Of a stretch of DNA of 64,000 bases, positions 44,873 to 54,547 are shown in pieces. Origin of the DNA: an uncultured Gammaproteobacteria bacterium (lineage in GTDB: Bacteria > Patescibacteriota > Microgenomatia > Woykebacterales > RBG-16-39-9b); contig OZ246414.1 in the NCBI GenBank assembly GCA_965231125.1, positions 17,739 to 81,738 of the forward strand. The letters are read 5' to 3'. Numbering within the stretch: position 1 is the stretch's first letter; every line of letters starts with the position of its first letter. Below the pieces are notes generated by a model. The model searched no databases, had not been told where the DNA came from, and saw nothing but the letters and a program-made list of their open reading frames with translations. Both the position numbers and the translations under genes were made by a program.

Positions 44873-45769
44873 TTATGGCTTGCGTTCTTTAATCTTCACC
44901 AAAAGAGGGTTAATTCTAGTTTTAATTTTATCAAAATCGTAAATAATCCAAAGGCTTACTTGAGCGTAAATTACGCCCGCAATCACATCGATCGCGTAAT
45001 GTTCCCCCAAATAAACTACTGAAAACCAAACTATAAAAGGGTATGGGAAAAATAACCACGCCCACTTTTTTGAAAATCGTCTCAAGGCCAAGAAAGAAAG
45101 CCACGGGTAGGCGGCATGAAGAGATGGTATTGCTGCTACTGGATTGGGGTTTAGGTGTTGATAGAACTCGGAAAGGTGCCAACTCCAACCGAACTTATCG
45201 ATTAGAGCATCGATAATTTTATGAACGTGAATTAACCCTTTTTGGTCTGCATACCAAGGTGGAGCGGCCGGAAAAAGCAAAAAAGTTACAAAACCAGAGA
45301 AAGAAAGCACAAGCAGAGCAATAACAAATTTCTGAAACTGGCTCCTATCTTTGATCCAAAGCAGAAAAGCGACCACTAAAGGGAGTGGAAAATGAAGGAA
45401 GTAGACAACTACCGCAAGAGAGTCATACCAGTGAATAATCCCAGGATGATATAAAACGGCCTGCAAACGCTCCGTTGGTATAAAACCAAAGAGAGCTCTT
45501 TCTGTATTTACGAGGCCGGACACGTGAACACCAAAGCCCACATTATCCGCAAAACCGCGCAAGACTTCATAACCTAAAAGCAGTCCCAAAAACGGCAGCC
45601 AATCCCGCAAAAACTCCTTTGTTTGCCCGACAATAACAGCAGCAAAGAAAATAAACACCACCAACCTATCCGGAGTAATGGAAATATTTTTCGCGATCAT
45701 TAAAGCAATAACTACGATTAGATAGGCCAAAAGAAGAATCGTGACTGCGTTTTGTTTTTTAAAATTCAT
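44873..45769 (-). CDS. PAP2-superfamily membrane phosphatase-like protein
   Basis: PSLHAAY (the PSGH-like motif) and GEHYAIDVIAG (the SRxxxxxHxxxD-like motif). Polytopic. Confidence 0.6.
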   Translation of the reverse strand: MNFKKQNAVTILLLAYLIVVIALMIAKNISITPDRLVVFIFFAAVIVGQTKEFLRDWLPFLGLLLGYEVLRGFADNVGFGVHVSGLVNTERALFGFIPTERLQAVLYHPGIIHWYDSLAVVVYFLHFPLPLVVAFLLWIKDRSQFQKFVIALLVLSFSGFVTFLLFPAAPPWYADQKGLIHVHKIIDALIDKFGWSWHLSEFYQHLNPNPVAAIPSLHAAYPWLSFLALRRFSKKWAWLFFPYPFIVWFSVVYLGEHYAIDVIAGVIYAQVSLWIIYDFDKIKTRINPLLVKIKERKP

Positions 45770-46609
45770 TTACCAAACTCCAAATTTTTGCAGGTATTTT
45801 TCCAGTATAAGATCAGAAGAGTACATCTTAACTGCATTTTCTACCCCAATATAACGAAAGTGCCACGGCTCGTAATTATAACCGGTAATATCTTCGTAAC
45901 CTTCTGGATACGAAAGGACAAACCCGTAATTGTAACCATCTTTGACAAGCCATTTACCTTCTGGTGTATTTCCAAAAGAAGAAAGAAGTTGTCGATTAAC
46001 CGTGTCCGAACTTATATCTACGGCTGTACCAAGTTGGTGTTGGGAATGCCCCGGAAGAGCACTAAAAAGGCTCGCTTGGGCCTCCCCCGTCTGTGCCACC
46101 CAATAATTGTAGGTTACTATTTGGGTCTGGTAAGAACGGTAGGCTGAGCTAACCACTAAATTAAATCCTTTCTTTTTAGCCGCAACAAACATTTTCACAA
46201 GCGCTTCGGCCGCTTTTTTGCGAAGCATCATACCAGAAGAGGTAGTCTCGACACTCTCAGGTAGATCAACCAAATCAGACGGATAGTAATTTTCTGGAAG
46301 GCTAATTTTCTTATTCACCAAAACCAAAAGATTGTTACCTTTGTCAGTTACTTTTATTTCCGGATTAGCAGACGGAGAGTCGTGAGCCGCCAAAACTTTA
46401 TCTTGAAAGAGTGGCGGTTTAGCTTTTTTAATGTCGGAAGAGCTCTTACTAATCAAGGCTTCGTCTTTGGCCGGAAAGTCATTACCGGCCAAAAACACTT
46501 CTTTTTGAGTTTCTCGAACTTTCGTATTTCCTAATCTATAGACGGTTACACTAGCGGTAATTAAACCGGTAGCTACAAAAAGGAGAACTAAAAAAAGTTT
46601 AACTTTCAT
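45770..46609 (-). CDS. M15-family D-alanyl-D-alanine carboxypeptidase (VanY-like)
   Basis: SAYRSY, SQHQLGTAVDI and EPWHFRY motifs, with an N-terminal membrane anchor. Confidence 0.85.
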   Translation of the reverse strand: MKVKLFLVLLFVATGLITASVTVYRLGNTKVRETQKEVFLAGNDFPAKDEALISKSSSDIKKAKPPLFQDKVLAAHDSPSANPEIKVTDKGNNLLVLVNKKISLPENYYPSDLVDLPESVETTSSGMMLRKKAAEALVKMFVAAKKKGFNLVVSSAYRSYQTQIVTYNYWVAQTGEAQASLFSALPGHSQHQLGTAVDISSDTVNRQLLSSFGNTPEGKWLVKDGYNYGFVLSYPEGYEDITGYNYEPWHFRYIGVENAVKMYSSDLILEKYLQKFGVW

Positions 46610-46612
46610 AAC

Positions 46613-47980
46613 TTAGAATTCGGCCGCTGCCGATCCGACGGCTTCTGACCACGTGGGGTACGCAAAAATTGCTTTTCCAACTACATCAATCGGCACTTTA
46701 CCAACCATCGCAACGACAATTTCGTGGATCAACTCGCCGGCTTCTGGCCCTACAATAAAGGCGCCGAGGGTTTGGCCGGTACCTTCTTCCACCAAAATTT
46801 TCACAAAACCATCGTAACGGTCTTGAGTATCGGCTTTTCCTAAATTTTTAAATTCAAAGACGGATTTTTTATAACCGACTTTCTCTTGTTTAAGTTTTTC
46901 TTCGGTCTTGCCGACTCCGGCAATTTCTGGATCTGAAAATACTACCCAAGGAGAGGCCGTATAATCTACTTCTACAGCCTTTTTACCAGACAGAGCGTTG
47001 TAGGCGGCGTAAGTTCCTTGATACGTCGCCATGTGAGTGAAAAGCATAACCCCAGTGACATCACCAGCGGCATAAATATGTTCAATATTAGTCTTAAGAG
47101 TGTTATCAACCGGAATGCCTTTTTGGGAAGTCTCCACCCCCACCGCTTGCAGATTTAAGCCGCCGAGATCCGGCCGCCGGCCGGTCGCCATCATTATTTC
47201 TTCGGCGGTGAAGCTACCGGTTTGACCGTCGCTAAGCGCAACGACCGCCTTTTTCAAATTTCCGTCTTTTTCAAGCTTTAGAACTTTGGCGCTAACATGA
47301 AATTTTATTCCTTGTTTCTCCAAAAATCCTTGAAGAGCGTTAGCTGCCTCAAGGTCGGCAGCCGGAATTATTTGGGGTACAACTTCAAAGACAGTTGCAT
47401 CCACTCCAAACCGAGAAAAAATTACGGAAAACTCTGTCCCGACGGCGCCACCCCCAATAATAAGAATAGATTTTGGTAGGCTCTTTAGGACGACCGCCTC
47501 ATTTGAAGTTATGTAACCTACTTCCTCCAAACCCTCAATTGGAACAACCGCCGGTTGGGAGCCGGCCGTGATAATGAATTTTTTGCTCGTTAAAACTTCG
47601 CCTCCTACTTTTACTTGATTGGCAGATGTGAAAGCTGTCTGCCCCCAGTAAAGATCCACGCCTTGCTCTTTTAGCGACTCTTCCGATTCATTAGCGACTC
47701 TTCTGGCAACGACAGCGTCTTTCCATTCCTGAACTTTTTCCCAATCAAAGGAGACGCTTTCCGCTTTAAGACCGTATTTTTCAGCCTGCTTAAATTCGAA
47801 AAAAAGATTAGCACTGTGGAGAAGGGCTTTTGTTGGAACGCAGGCTATGTTTGAGCAATCGCCCCCGAGTTTTAGTTTTTCCGTAATTGCTGTTTTTGCC
47901 CCTAAACCGGAAGCGACGGAGGCAGCGGCCATCCCTGCACTTCCCGCCCCAATAATAACAACGTCGTATTCTTTCACCAT
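46613..47980 (-). CDS. dihydrolipoyl dehydrogenase-family flavoprotein disulfide reductase
   Basis: GAGSAG FAD motif and the redox-active disulfide GGDCSNIACVPTK. Confidence 0.75.
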   Translation of the reverse strand: MVKEYDVVIIGAGSAGMAAASVASGLGAKTAITEKLKLGGDCSNIACVPTKALLHSANLFFEFKQAEKYGLKAESVSFDWEKVQEWKDAVVARRVANESEESLKEQGVDLYWGQTAFTSANQVKVGGEVLTSKKFIITAGSQPAVVPIEGLEEVGYITSNEAVVLKSLPKSILIIGGGAVGTEFSVIFSRFGVDATVFEVVPQIIPAADLEAANALQGFLEKQGIKFHVSAKVLKLEKDGNLKKAVVALSDGQTGSFTAEEIMMATGRRPDLGGLNLQAVGVETSQKGIPVDNTLKTNIEHIYAAGDVTGVMLFTHMATYQGTYAAYNALSGKKAVEVDYTASPWVVFSDPEIAGVGKTEEKLKQEKVGYKKSVFEFKNLGKADTQDRYDGFVKILVEEGTGQTLGAFIVGPEAGELIHEIVVAMVGKVPIDVVGKAIFAYPTWSEAVGSAAAEF

Positions 47981-48047
47981 TCCAGGATAAACAAATGGGG
48001 TCTTGCTTTCAAGAGCTAAGGTTTAAAAAAAGAAAAAGCGGCCGGGT

Positions 48048-48317
48048 TTAAACTCGACCGCTTGCTGGTGTAAGTTCTCGGATCGACTCCACCACACTTG
48101 TACGCAACACTACACGGTTGCCTGCAAAAAGCCGCATGGTGTTGCCTTTTCCAAAAAGAATCTGATCCCCCAGGTATTCTTTCCCAACTTCGTGCGCGTT
48201 TCGGTTGGCGTCTCTGGTAACTTTGTAGCGAGTAGCCCCCGAAGAGAATGTTTCTTCCACCGTATATACAGAATTTACGGTGGTGACCGAAAACCGCTTC
48301 TTAGTTAGTTTGGTCAA
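48048..48317 (-). CDS. hypothetical protein (89 aa), GC-rich
   Basis: Complete ORF. Confidence 0.4.
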   Translation of the reverse strand: MTKLTKKRFSVTTVNSVYTVEETFSSGATRYKVTRDANRNAHEVGKEYLGDQILFGKGNTMRLFAGNRVVLRTSVVESIRELTPASGRV

Positions 48318-48331
48318 AACAGGCCTCCTCC

Positions 48332-48727
48332 CTAAACGACTCTGTAAAGGGCTTGTGTTTCGATTGGCACCGCAACACCGACCTGTAGCGCAATGCCCCC
48401 GACCATCAAACCTTCGACCGTCGGAACGATCTCTAGTCGGGCATGATCTCCCCGCTGAATGCGCAGTATCTCACGGGCGGCGCCGACGTGATCTGCCTCT
48501 GCGATGGACATGCGCATATGGTAGACGTCCACCGGGGTGGATATACTCCTAAAAAGGTGTCTGCGGTCGAGGGTTAGATCTCTCACCAAAGAGACTAGCT
48601 TAAGCCCTCCTTCACCGTAGTGAAATGAAAGAACCTCCCTGCGTTCGCCAGCGTGATCTGCCTCCTCGATGATTGCTGGATTCATCGGCCCAACCAGAAG
48701 CTTGTCGAGACTAACTGGTGTTTGCAT
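48332..48727 (-). CDS. hypothetical protein with internal duplicated IxEADHxG..RE motif, GC-rich
   Basis: IIEEADHAGERREV and IAEADHVGAAREIL. Confidence 0.4.
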   Translation of the reverse strand: MQTPVSLDKLLVGPMNPAIIEEADHAGERREVLSFHYGEGGLKLVSLVRDLTLDRRHLFRSISTPVDVYHMRMSIAEADHVGAAREILRIQRGDHARLEIVPTVEGLMVGGIALQVGVAVPIETQALYRVV

Positions 48728-48791
48728 GACATCCCTCCTTCTGCAGATTTTTAAGGGACTATATCAAAAATAAACCTAAATGTCAAACTAT

Positions 48792-48884
48792 AGGGCGCTC
48801 GTAGCTTATGCCTTTTCGCGCTACTCAAAGCCAGCTACTGCGCGTCCTGCGCTAGGCGTCTTAACGCCTAGCTAAGTGTACATG
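48792..48884. repeat. dispersed ~93-nt structured element R2, copy 1
   Basis: About 88% identical to 60978..61071. It has an outer helix GTAGCT/AGCTAC and a terminal 8-bp hairpin GCTAGGCG-TCTTAA-CGCCTAGC. Confidence 0.6.
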
Positions 48885-49067
48885 TTAAGTATTAGACAAT
48901 CAGGCGCACTTGACTAGTTAAGCTTTTAACCGCCTTACGAGATGCCACCACTATCTAATTGAAGGTGGGATTAAGCTAGTGACCTTGTTGTCATCCTGAA
49001 CTTGATTCAGGATCTAGATGCTGAAATAAATTCAGCATGGCATCGGGCAATCGATACTTCGAATATT

Positions 49068-51098
49068 TCAGCCAGGGCCAGCGTGGCGCCACCTTTTTTG
49101 TAAAAGGTGACTAATAACAATCAAAAAAGAAGCTATCGAAACTAGATAAAGAACCTTTAACCAAACTGGTTCTTTAAATTCCAGATCCACTTGTCCATCT
49201 GCAAAAACTAGCATTAGGTTTGGCGCAGCCCGGTAAATCGGTACGTTTTTACCTGCGGACGTGGCTTTCCACCACGGAAAGTAAGAAAACTTCACCAGGA
49301 CTGGTTGAGGGTGTTTGGAGTCTATTTTTAACTTAATCCTAGACCAATCTTTATTGTGATCGACTATGGCCACTTTAGTTTTTGGGTTAAAATCTTTTGG
49401 ATCAAAATTAGCAACTTGCACTCCACTTCCCGGCTCAAACGGCAGACTAGCCCAGGCGTCTTTTTGGGCCCACCAACTTTCGACTTTTTTCTCAAAATTT
49501 CCACCCACTGGAATTGGGTTAAGGCGAGAAACTTCCACCAAACTCCCGCTGCCCACTTGTTCGACCGTATAGTTTTTAGACTCTCCTTGGGCTTGCCATT
49601 TTCCCACATCTGCCCCAATTGCCAGTTTGTCTAGATTAAGCACGTACTTTATGCCAAAAAGGGCGATGGCGGTTTGGATATTTTTCTCACTAACAAATTT
49701 TGTTTCGGTAAAAGTCCCTTCCCCTTCTGGGTATTTATTCGGATGAAGTGAACGGATTAAACTCCCCAAGTACGAACCGTTAGGGGTAGAATCAGTAAAA
49801 AGTCCGTAGGCCCAAGGATTGCTTTGGGGGTCTTGCATAACTAGATTTGTTTGAGCGGAATATAGTAGTGGTGCCGCGTCTGTCCGCCGGAATCCCTCAA
49901 TGAACCTTCCGCCAAGTTTTGATTGACCCACAAGGGTTGAACCAACATCGGCGATAACCGGGTTTTTTAAGATTAGGTAGGCAGCTAACAAAAGAAACAA
50001 AACTAAATTTATCCATTTAAAATCAACCTTTTCCAGAATCTTCATCTTAACCGTGGATAAAACTTCTGCCAAACTTAAAATCAAAGCAAGATACGCATAA
50101 GGTTGGAAGCGGTAAATATGCAGTGGATAAAGAAGGTTAAAAAGCGCGGAACCCGAAAAGTTTCTAATTAACAGGCTATCTAAAACAGCCAAAGTTAAAA
50201 GTACAAACGAAAAAGCTGAAAGAGCAAAAATTTCTGTCGACCGTCTTTTCCAACTGAATAAGCACAAACCCAAAACGATAAAACCTAAAATCACGTTCGT
50301 CAAAAAATACGAGGAAAGGTGCACGGATACAGAGGTAAGGTGAAGGTAAAGCACAAATGGCACCCAGAAAAAAGAAGTTAGTAAAGCGGATACCCCAACC
50401 AAGGCGGCTAGATTTCTACCTTTTAATTTTCCTCCCTTGAAAAGAACCGCCGAATACACCAGTAGATACAGTGCCCCCGCAACTACCGCTACTAAGTGAG
50501 TCAATATCAAGACCGCAAAAATTAAGGATGCCGCCAGGAATTTCCCTTTTTTAAACTCTCCGTGTAGTACACTGATAAATAAAAGGAAAATCGGTGTTGA
50601 GAAAAAATCTGGTAAAAGACCAATTTGGAAAAGCCCCCGGAAACCGGCTCCTAAAAAATTTGGTAGCACTGCTAGAAAAATCAGAACTAAAATTGTAGTC
50701 GGCAACCGGTAGTTGGTATTTTGGATGGTGCTCTTTACGGCAAAATAAGCAGCAAACGGAGTTGCTAAGATCGCTAAAGAAATTAGCAATTTTATGGAAG
50801 TGTCGATACTGAATAAAAATGACAAAGTCGCACTAAGCCAGTGGAATAACGAAGGGTAAAAGATTCCTTGCGGAAAACCCGCGAGAAAAAACGGATTCCA
50901 CCCCGACAAGCCCGGCCAAAGGAAAGTTTTTAAATACCAAACTAAACTAACGTGCCCCGGCGCGTCATAAATTTCTAAGAAGTCCGTTTTCCATAAGGGG
51001 GCCACTAGCAAAACAAATAACAAGGCTGATAAACCAACCAATATTTCTTGATCTATAAATAAATCAATAAGCTTTTGGAGAAAATTATTACCTTTCAT
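49068..51098 (-). CDS. large polytopic membrane protein with C-terminal extracytoplasmic domain (possible GT-C/YfhO-like glycosyltransferase)
   Basis: About 12 TM helices in the first 400 aa and a ~250-aa soluble tail. It is translationally coupled (ATGA) to femAB upstream. Confidence 0.45.
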   Translation of the reverse strand: MKGNNFLQKLIDLFIDQEILVGLSALLFVLLVAPLWKTDFLEIYDAPGHVSLVWYLKTFLWPGLSGWNPFFLAGFPQGIFYPSLFHWLSATLSFLFSIDTSIKLLISLAILATPFAAYFAVKSTIQNTNYRLPTTILVLIFLAVLPNFLGAGFRGLFQIGLLPDFFSTPIFLLFISVLHGEFKKGKFLAASLIFAVLILTHLVAVVAGALYLLVYSAVLFKGGKLKGRNLAALVGVSALLTSFFWVPFVLYLHLTSVSVHLSSYFLTNVILGFIVLGLCLFSWKRRSTEIFALSAFSFVLLTLAVLDSLLIRNFSGSALFNLLYPLHIYRFQPYAYLALILSLAEVLSTVKMKILEKVDFKWINLVLFLLLAAYLILKNPVIADVGSTLVGQSKLGGRFIEGFRRTDAAPLLYSAQTNLVMQDPQSNPWAYGLFTDSTPNGSYLGSLIRSLHPNKYPEGEGTFTETKFVSEKNIQTAIALFGIKYVLNLDKLAIGADVGKWQAQGESKNYTVEQVGSGSLVEVSRLNPIPVGGNFEKKVESWWAQKDAWASLPFEPGSGVQVANFDPKDFNPKTKVAIVDHNKDWSRIKLKIDSKHPQPVLVKFSYFPWWKATSAGKNVPIYRAAPNLMLVFADGQVDLEFKEPVWLKVLYLVSIASFLIVISHLLQKRWRHAGPG

Positions 51099-52123
51099 AG
51101 CATTCTTAAAATCTTACGGACCGGTTTTCTTATCACCTCAACAAATTTGGCCAAAATGTATTGGTTAGATGTTGGGTAGTCAAAAACTGGCTCGTACGAG
51201 ACTCTCTCCCCGCCAAAACTTATTTTAAAAGCCGTAACTCCAGCCCACGGATGGTTTTGAGAAGACCCCTCCGGCGCCACTCCCCAAAAGTCAAAATATT
51301 TAAAGCCTCGCCTTTTACCTTCCAAAATAGTCTTCCAAACTAATAAGTAAGAGGCTCGCATCTTCGATTGAGAGGTGGTTGAAGCAGCGTGTAAATAAGT
51401 CGCTGTATCGCCGTAAAAAATTACTAGTGAGGCGGCTAGTGGCTGCTTATCAAACTCGGCTACAAAAATTTCCATAAGGCCCTCTTTGTTCAAAGTCTCG
51501 TACTGTTTACGATAATAGGCAGAATGAGCGTCTTGGGTGAAGTGATGTCTTTTAGCAGTCTCCGCGAGCAAAGTCTCGAAAATTTTTAAATCTTCCAAGC
51601 CCCCGATCCGCACCTTTACTCCTCTTCTCTCCACCATCCGTACATTATAACGGGTAGAATCATTCATGGCTGAGAGTAATTCTTCTTCGCTTTTTGAAAG
51701 GTCGATAATAGCAGTGCACTCTGGTTGGGTGAAGAGCCGGGTTTTTCTAAAACCTGAGTTAATTAACAGACTGGCCTCATCTTCTGCAATAACACGCGGC
51801 TCGAGCCGCACAAAATCTAAGCTTTGCTCTTTTGCAATCTTAAAAAGATACCTCGTCAATTCTCCGACCACTTCTTTATTCCATTTTTTAAACACCGGTC
51901 CAGCCGGTATATAAAGATAAGAGGCGAACTTCGACTTAACTTGGTAGGCGCTACAAACCCCGATTAATTTATCCGAATCAAAAATTCCGGCCTGGTAGCT
52001 TTTATTTCCGATTTTTTCTTGAAAGCTGCCCCAAGAAAGGCTTTGCAAAAAAGGTGTGTGCGGAACTTCTCTTAGAAATTCGGCTAGAGACCCTGGCCCT
52101 ATTTCTTCAATAGTAAGATTCAT
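51095..52123 (-). CDS. FemAB-family peptidoglycan bridge aminoacyltransferase
   Basis: N-terminal FLQSLSWGSFQEK and the GNAT-like duplicated fold of the FemX/FemAB family. Confidence 0.75.
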   Translation of the reverse strand: MNLTIEEIGPGSLAEFLREVPHTPFLQSLSWGSFQEKIGNKSYQAGIFDSDKLIGVCSAYQVKSKFASYLYIPAGPVFKKWNKEVVGELTRYLFKIAKEQSLDFVRLEPRVIAEDEASLLINSGFRKTRLFTQPECTAIIDLSKSEEELLSAMNDSTRYNVRMVERRGVKVRIGGLEDLKIFETLLAETAKRHHFTQDAHSAYYRKQYETLNKEGLMEIFVAEFDKQPLAASLVIFYGDTATYLHAASTTSQSKMRASYLLVWKTILEGKRRGFKYFDFWGVAPEGSSQNHPWAGVTAFKISFGGERVSYEPVFDYPTSNQYILAKFVEVIRKPVRKILRML

Positions 52124-52226
52124 TAACTCGTTTAAGGTACCTTAAGTGGGAATAAAAATCAATGGATTGAAGATCGCATTTGCAATTCGTCGGCTCTTGT
52201 GGTAAATTGCGCCTACCAAGCCTGGC

Positions 52227-52916
52227 TTGGGAACTTGCCAAATAGAAATTCGGGCAATGAGCAAGCTAACCGAAGTCTTCGAAAAACACGGCAGTTTGAT
52301 TAAGGCCAAAAAAGGCAGGATACTTTTTGGTGTTGACGATCCCCCAACAAAAGTTTATTTAGTTAAAGAAGGTGCCATAAAAATTTACCGTTACACTGAA
52401 GACGGAAAAGAAGTCATGCTTCACATTCACGGGCCCAGAGAGCTTATTACCATCAGTCCAATTTTTAAAGACATGGATCACGTAGTTTATGCCGAGAGTA
52501 TGGTGGAAACCGATCTTTACTGGATTCCAGTTCCTCAATTCCGGGAGATTATAAAAGAAGACCCAGAGATTTTAATGGATCTAGGCCGGGCTCTAGCCAA
52601 CAACTGGGACGAGGTTGAGGAAAAAATTGAAGCCTTTGTCACTCATGATTCTCTTGGACGTCTAGCCTACATAATTCTTCAACTCACTGATAAATACGGG
52701 GCGGGCGAAGCTGGGAAAAAACGACTTCCTTTTCCTCTGACTCACCAAGAACTAGCAAACCTAACGGGGATGTTTCGCGAGACGGTCAGTATTTCCATAC
52801 AAGAACTAAAAAAATCCGGGATTATTTCAATCGACAAACATAATGTAACTGTGGAAGATCGAGACCGTCTCGAAGAGTGCGCCCGGACTGGTCGTAGCGC
52901 CATCGGCAACAACTAG
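52227..52916 (+). CDS. Crp/Fnr-family transcriptional regulator
   Basis: cNMP-binding beta-roll, then the HTH ELANLTGMFRETVSISIQELKK. The actual start may be the internal Met at ~52260. Confidence 0.8.
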   Translation: MGTCQIEIRAMSKLTEVFEKHGSLIKAKKGRILFGVDDPPTKVYLVKEGAIKIYRYTEDGKEVMLHIHGPRELITISPIFKDMDHVVYAESMVETDLYWIPVPQFREIIKEDPEILMDLGRALANNWDEVEEKIEAFVTHDSLGRLAYIILQLTDKYGAGEAGKKRLPFPLTHQELANLTGMFRETVSISIQELKKSGIISIDKHNVTVEDRDRLEECARTGRSAIGNN

Positions 52917-53016
52917 ATAGATCGCTCCGTAACCAAATCCAAGTGATTAAGATCGCTAAAGCGTTCTGCGTCCTTCGGACTAGGGTACTCTCGCGCTCTG
53001 CGACCGCTCTGCGGTC
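52917..53016. repeat. dispersed intergenic element R1, copy 2 (modules A, C, B rearranged relative to copy 1)
   Basis: TCCGTAACCAAATCCAAGTGATT is identical. Hairpin GTCC-ttcg-GGAC replaces GTCT-ttca-AGAC. The 7-nt direct repeat AGATCGC flanks module A. Confidence 0.5.
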
Positions 53017-53529
53017 TATTGTAGCCTAAATTACAATTCGCAAGTAATTTTCCTCACCAACCAAAAGTAATTTCTCTCACTGATATTTGGTCGGAGTTCC
53101 TTTAAATTAAGGATGAAAGGTACTCCGGTCCCTTAGGGGGCTGGAGAAGGAGAAGAGGGTTAGTGAGTTTGCCGATAGGGGGTAGGGACCGGGAGCTGCC
53201 GAGCCCAAAGAGGCAGCACACACAAATCTAAGGGCGGAGGGTAAGTCACCGGGAAAGTACAATGTACCAACTACTCCGTTGTAAACCCGCTAACACCTCT
53301 TCACCAGAGAGACGCCGTCCAACAGGACAGAAAGGAAGACGAAAATTCCATGCTGTCGACTAACAATCGACACAAAGACGAGCCGGCGTATAACAAGACG
53401 CACTCGTCGTAGAGCGGCTGAACTGTTTGTTCCTAGGCAAAGGAACAAATAGTGAAGCCGCTCTCTGTCGTTTTAAGCGAGCCCTCGGAGATTTACTTTA
53501 ACTTGGCTACCAGTTAAAATAATTCCCAA
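53017..53529. ncRNA. GC-rich ORF-free region with dense nested hairpins: candidate structured non-coding RNA, family and strand unresolved
   Basis: No ORF of 60 aa or more in any frame. Helices include GAGCGGCT..TTTGTTCC-N8-GGAACAAA..AGCCGCTC, GACGAG-N20-CTCGTC, GTCGA-N7-TCGAC, GGTCCCT-N57-AGGGACC and GCTGCC-N12-GGCAGC. Confidence 0.3.
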
Positions 53530-53826
53530 GTGAAAATTCAGGAGATCAGAAAACTACTGAAAGAAAGCCAATACTCCGTAAGTACTCACGCTTTTATCGA
53601 ATCCTTTGCAGATGGTTTCAGTATTAAAGACATTCTTAGAGCCCTTAACACAGGCGATATAATTGAAGAGTATAAAGATAGAAACCGACTGCTTATTTAT
53701 GCTAAACTTGGGACAAATTCAATTCACGTGGTAGTTGATTATTCTAGTGTGAACTACCTTTGGATAGTAACAGTTTATAAGCCCGACCCGAAAGAATGGG
53801 TTGATGGTAAAATCAGGAGGCAATGA
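53530..53826 (+). CDS. DUF4258-family putative toxin
   Basis: 98 aa. C-terminal WIVTVYKPDPKEW matches the family. It has a 4-nt ATGA overlap with the downstream zinc-finger gene. Confidence 0.6.
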   Translation: MKIQEIRKLLKESQYSVSTHAFIESFADGFSIKDILRALNTGDIIEEYKDRNRLLIYAKLGTNSIHVVVDYSSVNYLWIVTVYKPDPKEWVDGKIRRQ

Positions 53827-54059
53827 TGACAAAATTTGCATGTCCAAACTGCGGAAGTAAAGTAAATATAAGTGAAACAAACCTTACCCTGAAGAGAGGG
53901 GAATTTTCTGCTGAATTTAAAAATATTCCTGTGCAAAAATGTCCAAACTGCGGAGAAGTTTATATTCCAGGGAAAATAGCTGAATCTTTAAGTAGTTTGG
54001 CTGAAAAAGCTTTAAAAGAAGTTGCAAAAGCTAAAGAAAAACTTGTAGCCTCAGTGTAA
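53823..54059 (+). CDS. YgiT-type (MqsA-like) zinc-finger antitoxin-like protein
   Basis: CPNCG...CPNCGE zinc ribbon followed by a short helical tail. Confidence 0.65.
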   Translation: MMTKFACPNCGSKVNISETNLTLKRGEFSAEFKNIPVQKCPNCGEVYIPGKIAESLSSLAEKALKEVAKAKEKLVASV

Positions 54060-54241
54060 AAGAAAAACGATCCTGAGCATAGTCGAATGGATCGTTTCTC
54101 CTCCTAAGAAAACTACTAAGCTTGTCGAAGTAATTTGCTTAGGGTTTCCAGGTGCAGTGTTTTCCGTTCAGCATTTAGCTTACTTGTACTCTCCGCACCT
54201 GGTTTCACCCGGGCTGTTAGGCCTGGTTGTTGAGTCGAAGT

Positions 54242-54520
54242 TTAGGTCGCCACGGGCTGATGGCGGCGAGCGTACTTGCCAGCGGCCAAGGTAAGGAGCT
54301 CAATTTCCTGCTCCACATCGTTGGGAAGACCGAGAATGGCAGGCACTTTCCGCTCTTTCATAATCGCCAGCTTTACCGCTGATGAGGCGAGCTTCCTGGC
54401 TAAATCGGCGAACTTTTCCGGTGCTGTCCCCTTTCCCTGCTCGGCCTCCACGCGCATCCGAATGCTGTCTTGGACTCGCAGAAAGGCTTCGTCCCACCAT
54501 TGATCATAGTTGACCTGCAT
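54242..54520 (-). CDS. hypothetical protein (92 aa), GC-rich, third gene of a 3-gene small operon
   Basis: Strong RBS AAGGAGGAGAGGAG. Confidence 0.45.
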   Translation of the reverse strand: MQVNYDQWWDEAFLRVQDSIRMRVEAEQGKGTAPEKFADLARKLASSAVKLAIMKERKVPAILGLPNDVEQEIELLTLAAGKYARRHQPVAT

Positions 54521-54547
54521 GGTAACTCCTCTCCTCCTTACGTTGTC

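Noticed and set aside
53017-53529. Calling the structured region RNase P RNA, SRP RNA or group II intron domain V
   Set aside because: Only short partial resemblances were found (GGGCGGAGGG, GGGAAAGT, ACAGAAAGG, a GAGC-initiated hairpin). I could not assemble the P4 pseudoknot, CR-II/CR-III elements or a 34-nt domain V with a bulge and GNRA loop. It is left as unclassified.
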